From positions 8,490,587-8,554,586 of the forward strand of contig CM120648.1 of assembly GCA_051362555.1 (NCBI GenBank): 64,000 bases of DNA, written 5' to 3'. Both the position numbers and the translations under genes were made by a program. Below, piece after piece: positions 63,901 to 64,000 of the stretch; the stretch's first letter is position 1; each line of letters begins with the position of its first letter. Under the pieces are notes generated by a model that saw nothing but the letters and a program-made list of their open reading frames with translations, did no database searches and was not told the DNA's origin. The DNA comes from Lingula anatina. Its lineage: Eukaryota > Animalia > Brachiopoda.

Positions 63901-64000
63901 TGTTACGGATCCACCTCTTTACACTTTGGCTCATACACCATGGCATTTCAGTCGTGGCAATGGCATGAATTGCACGGAGATGGCAGAAACACAAAATGGA
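57957..64000 (+). CDS. 5' part of an SMB + Cys-module secreted/receptor protein (probable Methuselah/adhesion-like GPCR), truncated by the window end
   Basis: Exons 57957-59211, 59700-59794 and 63725->64000, phase-consistent (1 then 0). Exon 3 is open for 92 codons (ASCDDDDDDDDESQC...). Signal peptide, Ser/Thr mucin-like stretch, somatomedin-B-like CYCDEFCDVFNDCCP, and a Cys module shared with the 2510-5956 GPCR. Confidence 0.82.
61765..63430 (+). mobile_element. Decayed, 5'-truncated L1/Tx1-type LINE ORF2 fragment
   Basis: HADDTTLIL, SGLAINKSKTKLIWIG, QWERRPLTPIGK, NHLFISLPNP, FFQFIW, YEQGG..MLD, LKCTWIRR, EPIWYN and TKLQWFQYRIIHRLLP, with multiple frameshifts and stops. It lies in intron 2 of the SMB gene. 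Confidence 0.9.

Overview
AT-rich animal genomic DNA with spliceosomal GT-AG introns. The gene families and repeat types look lophotrochozoan, probably molluscan (inference). Nine protein-coding loci were reconstructed by hand. Four are recognisable housekeeping genes: SUOX, FBXO42, CCDC115 and SIGMAR1. The rest are an intronless class-B (Methuselah/adhesion-like) GPCR, an intronless 236-aa orphan ORF, a 5-exon ankyrin + C2 + long disordered-tail gene, an intronless orphan class-A GPCR, and the 5' part of a second SMB/Cys-module receptor gene that runs off the window. FBXO42/CCDC115 are head-to-head, and SIGMAR1 probably shares a promoter with the ankyrin-C2 gene through a tiny non-coding first exon. 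Introns carry several MITEs, a decayed Tx1/L1-type LINE, a Penelope-like inverted relic, a triplicated hairpin module and an 8-kb zone of nested duplications. No rRNA, tRNA or CRISPR was recognised. The best novelty candidates are the orphan ORF, the ANK-C2 architecture, the GPS-less receptor pair and the SUOX intron hairpin array. None can be established as a new system without database searches.
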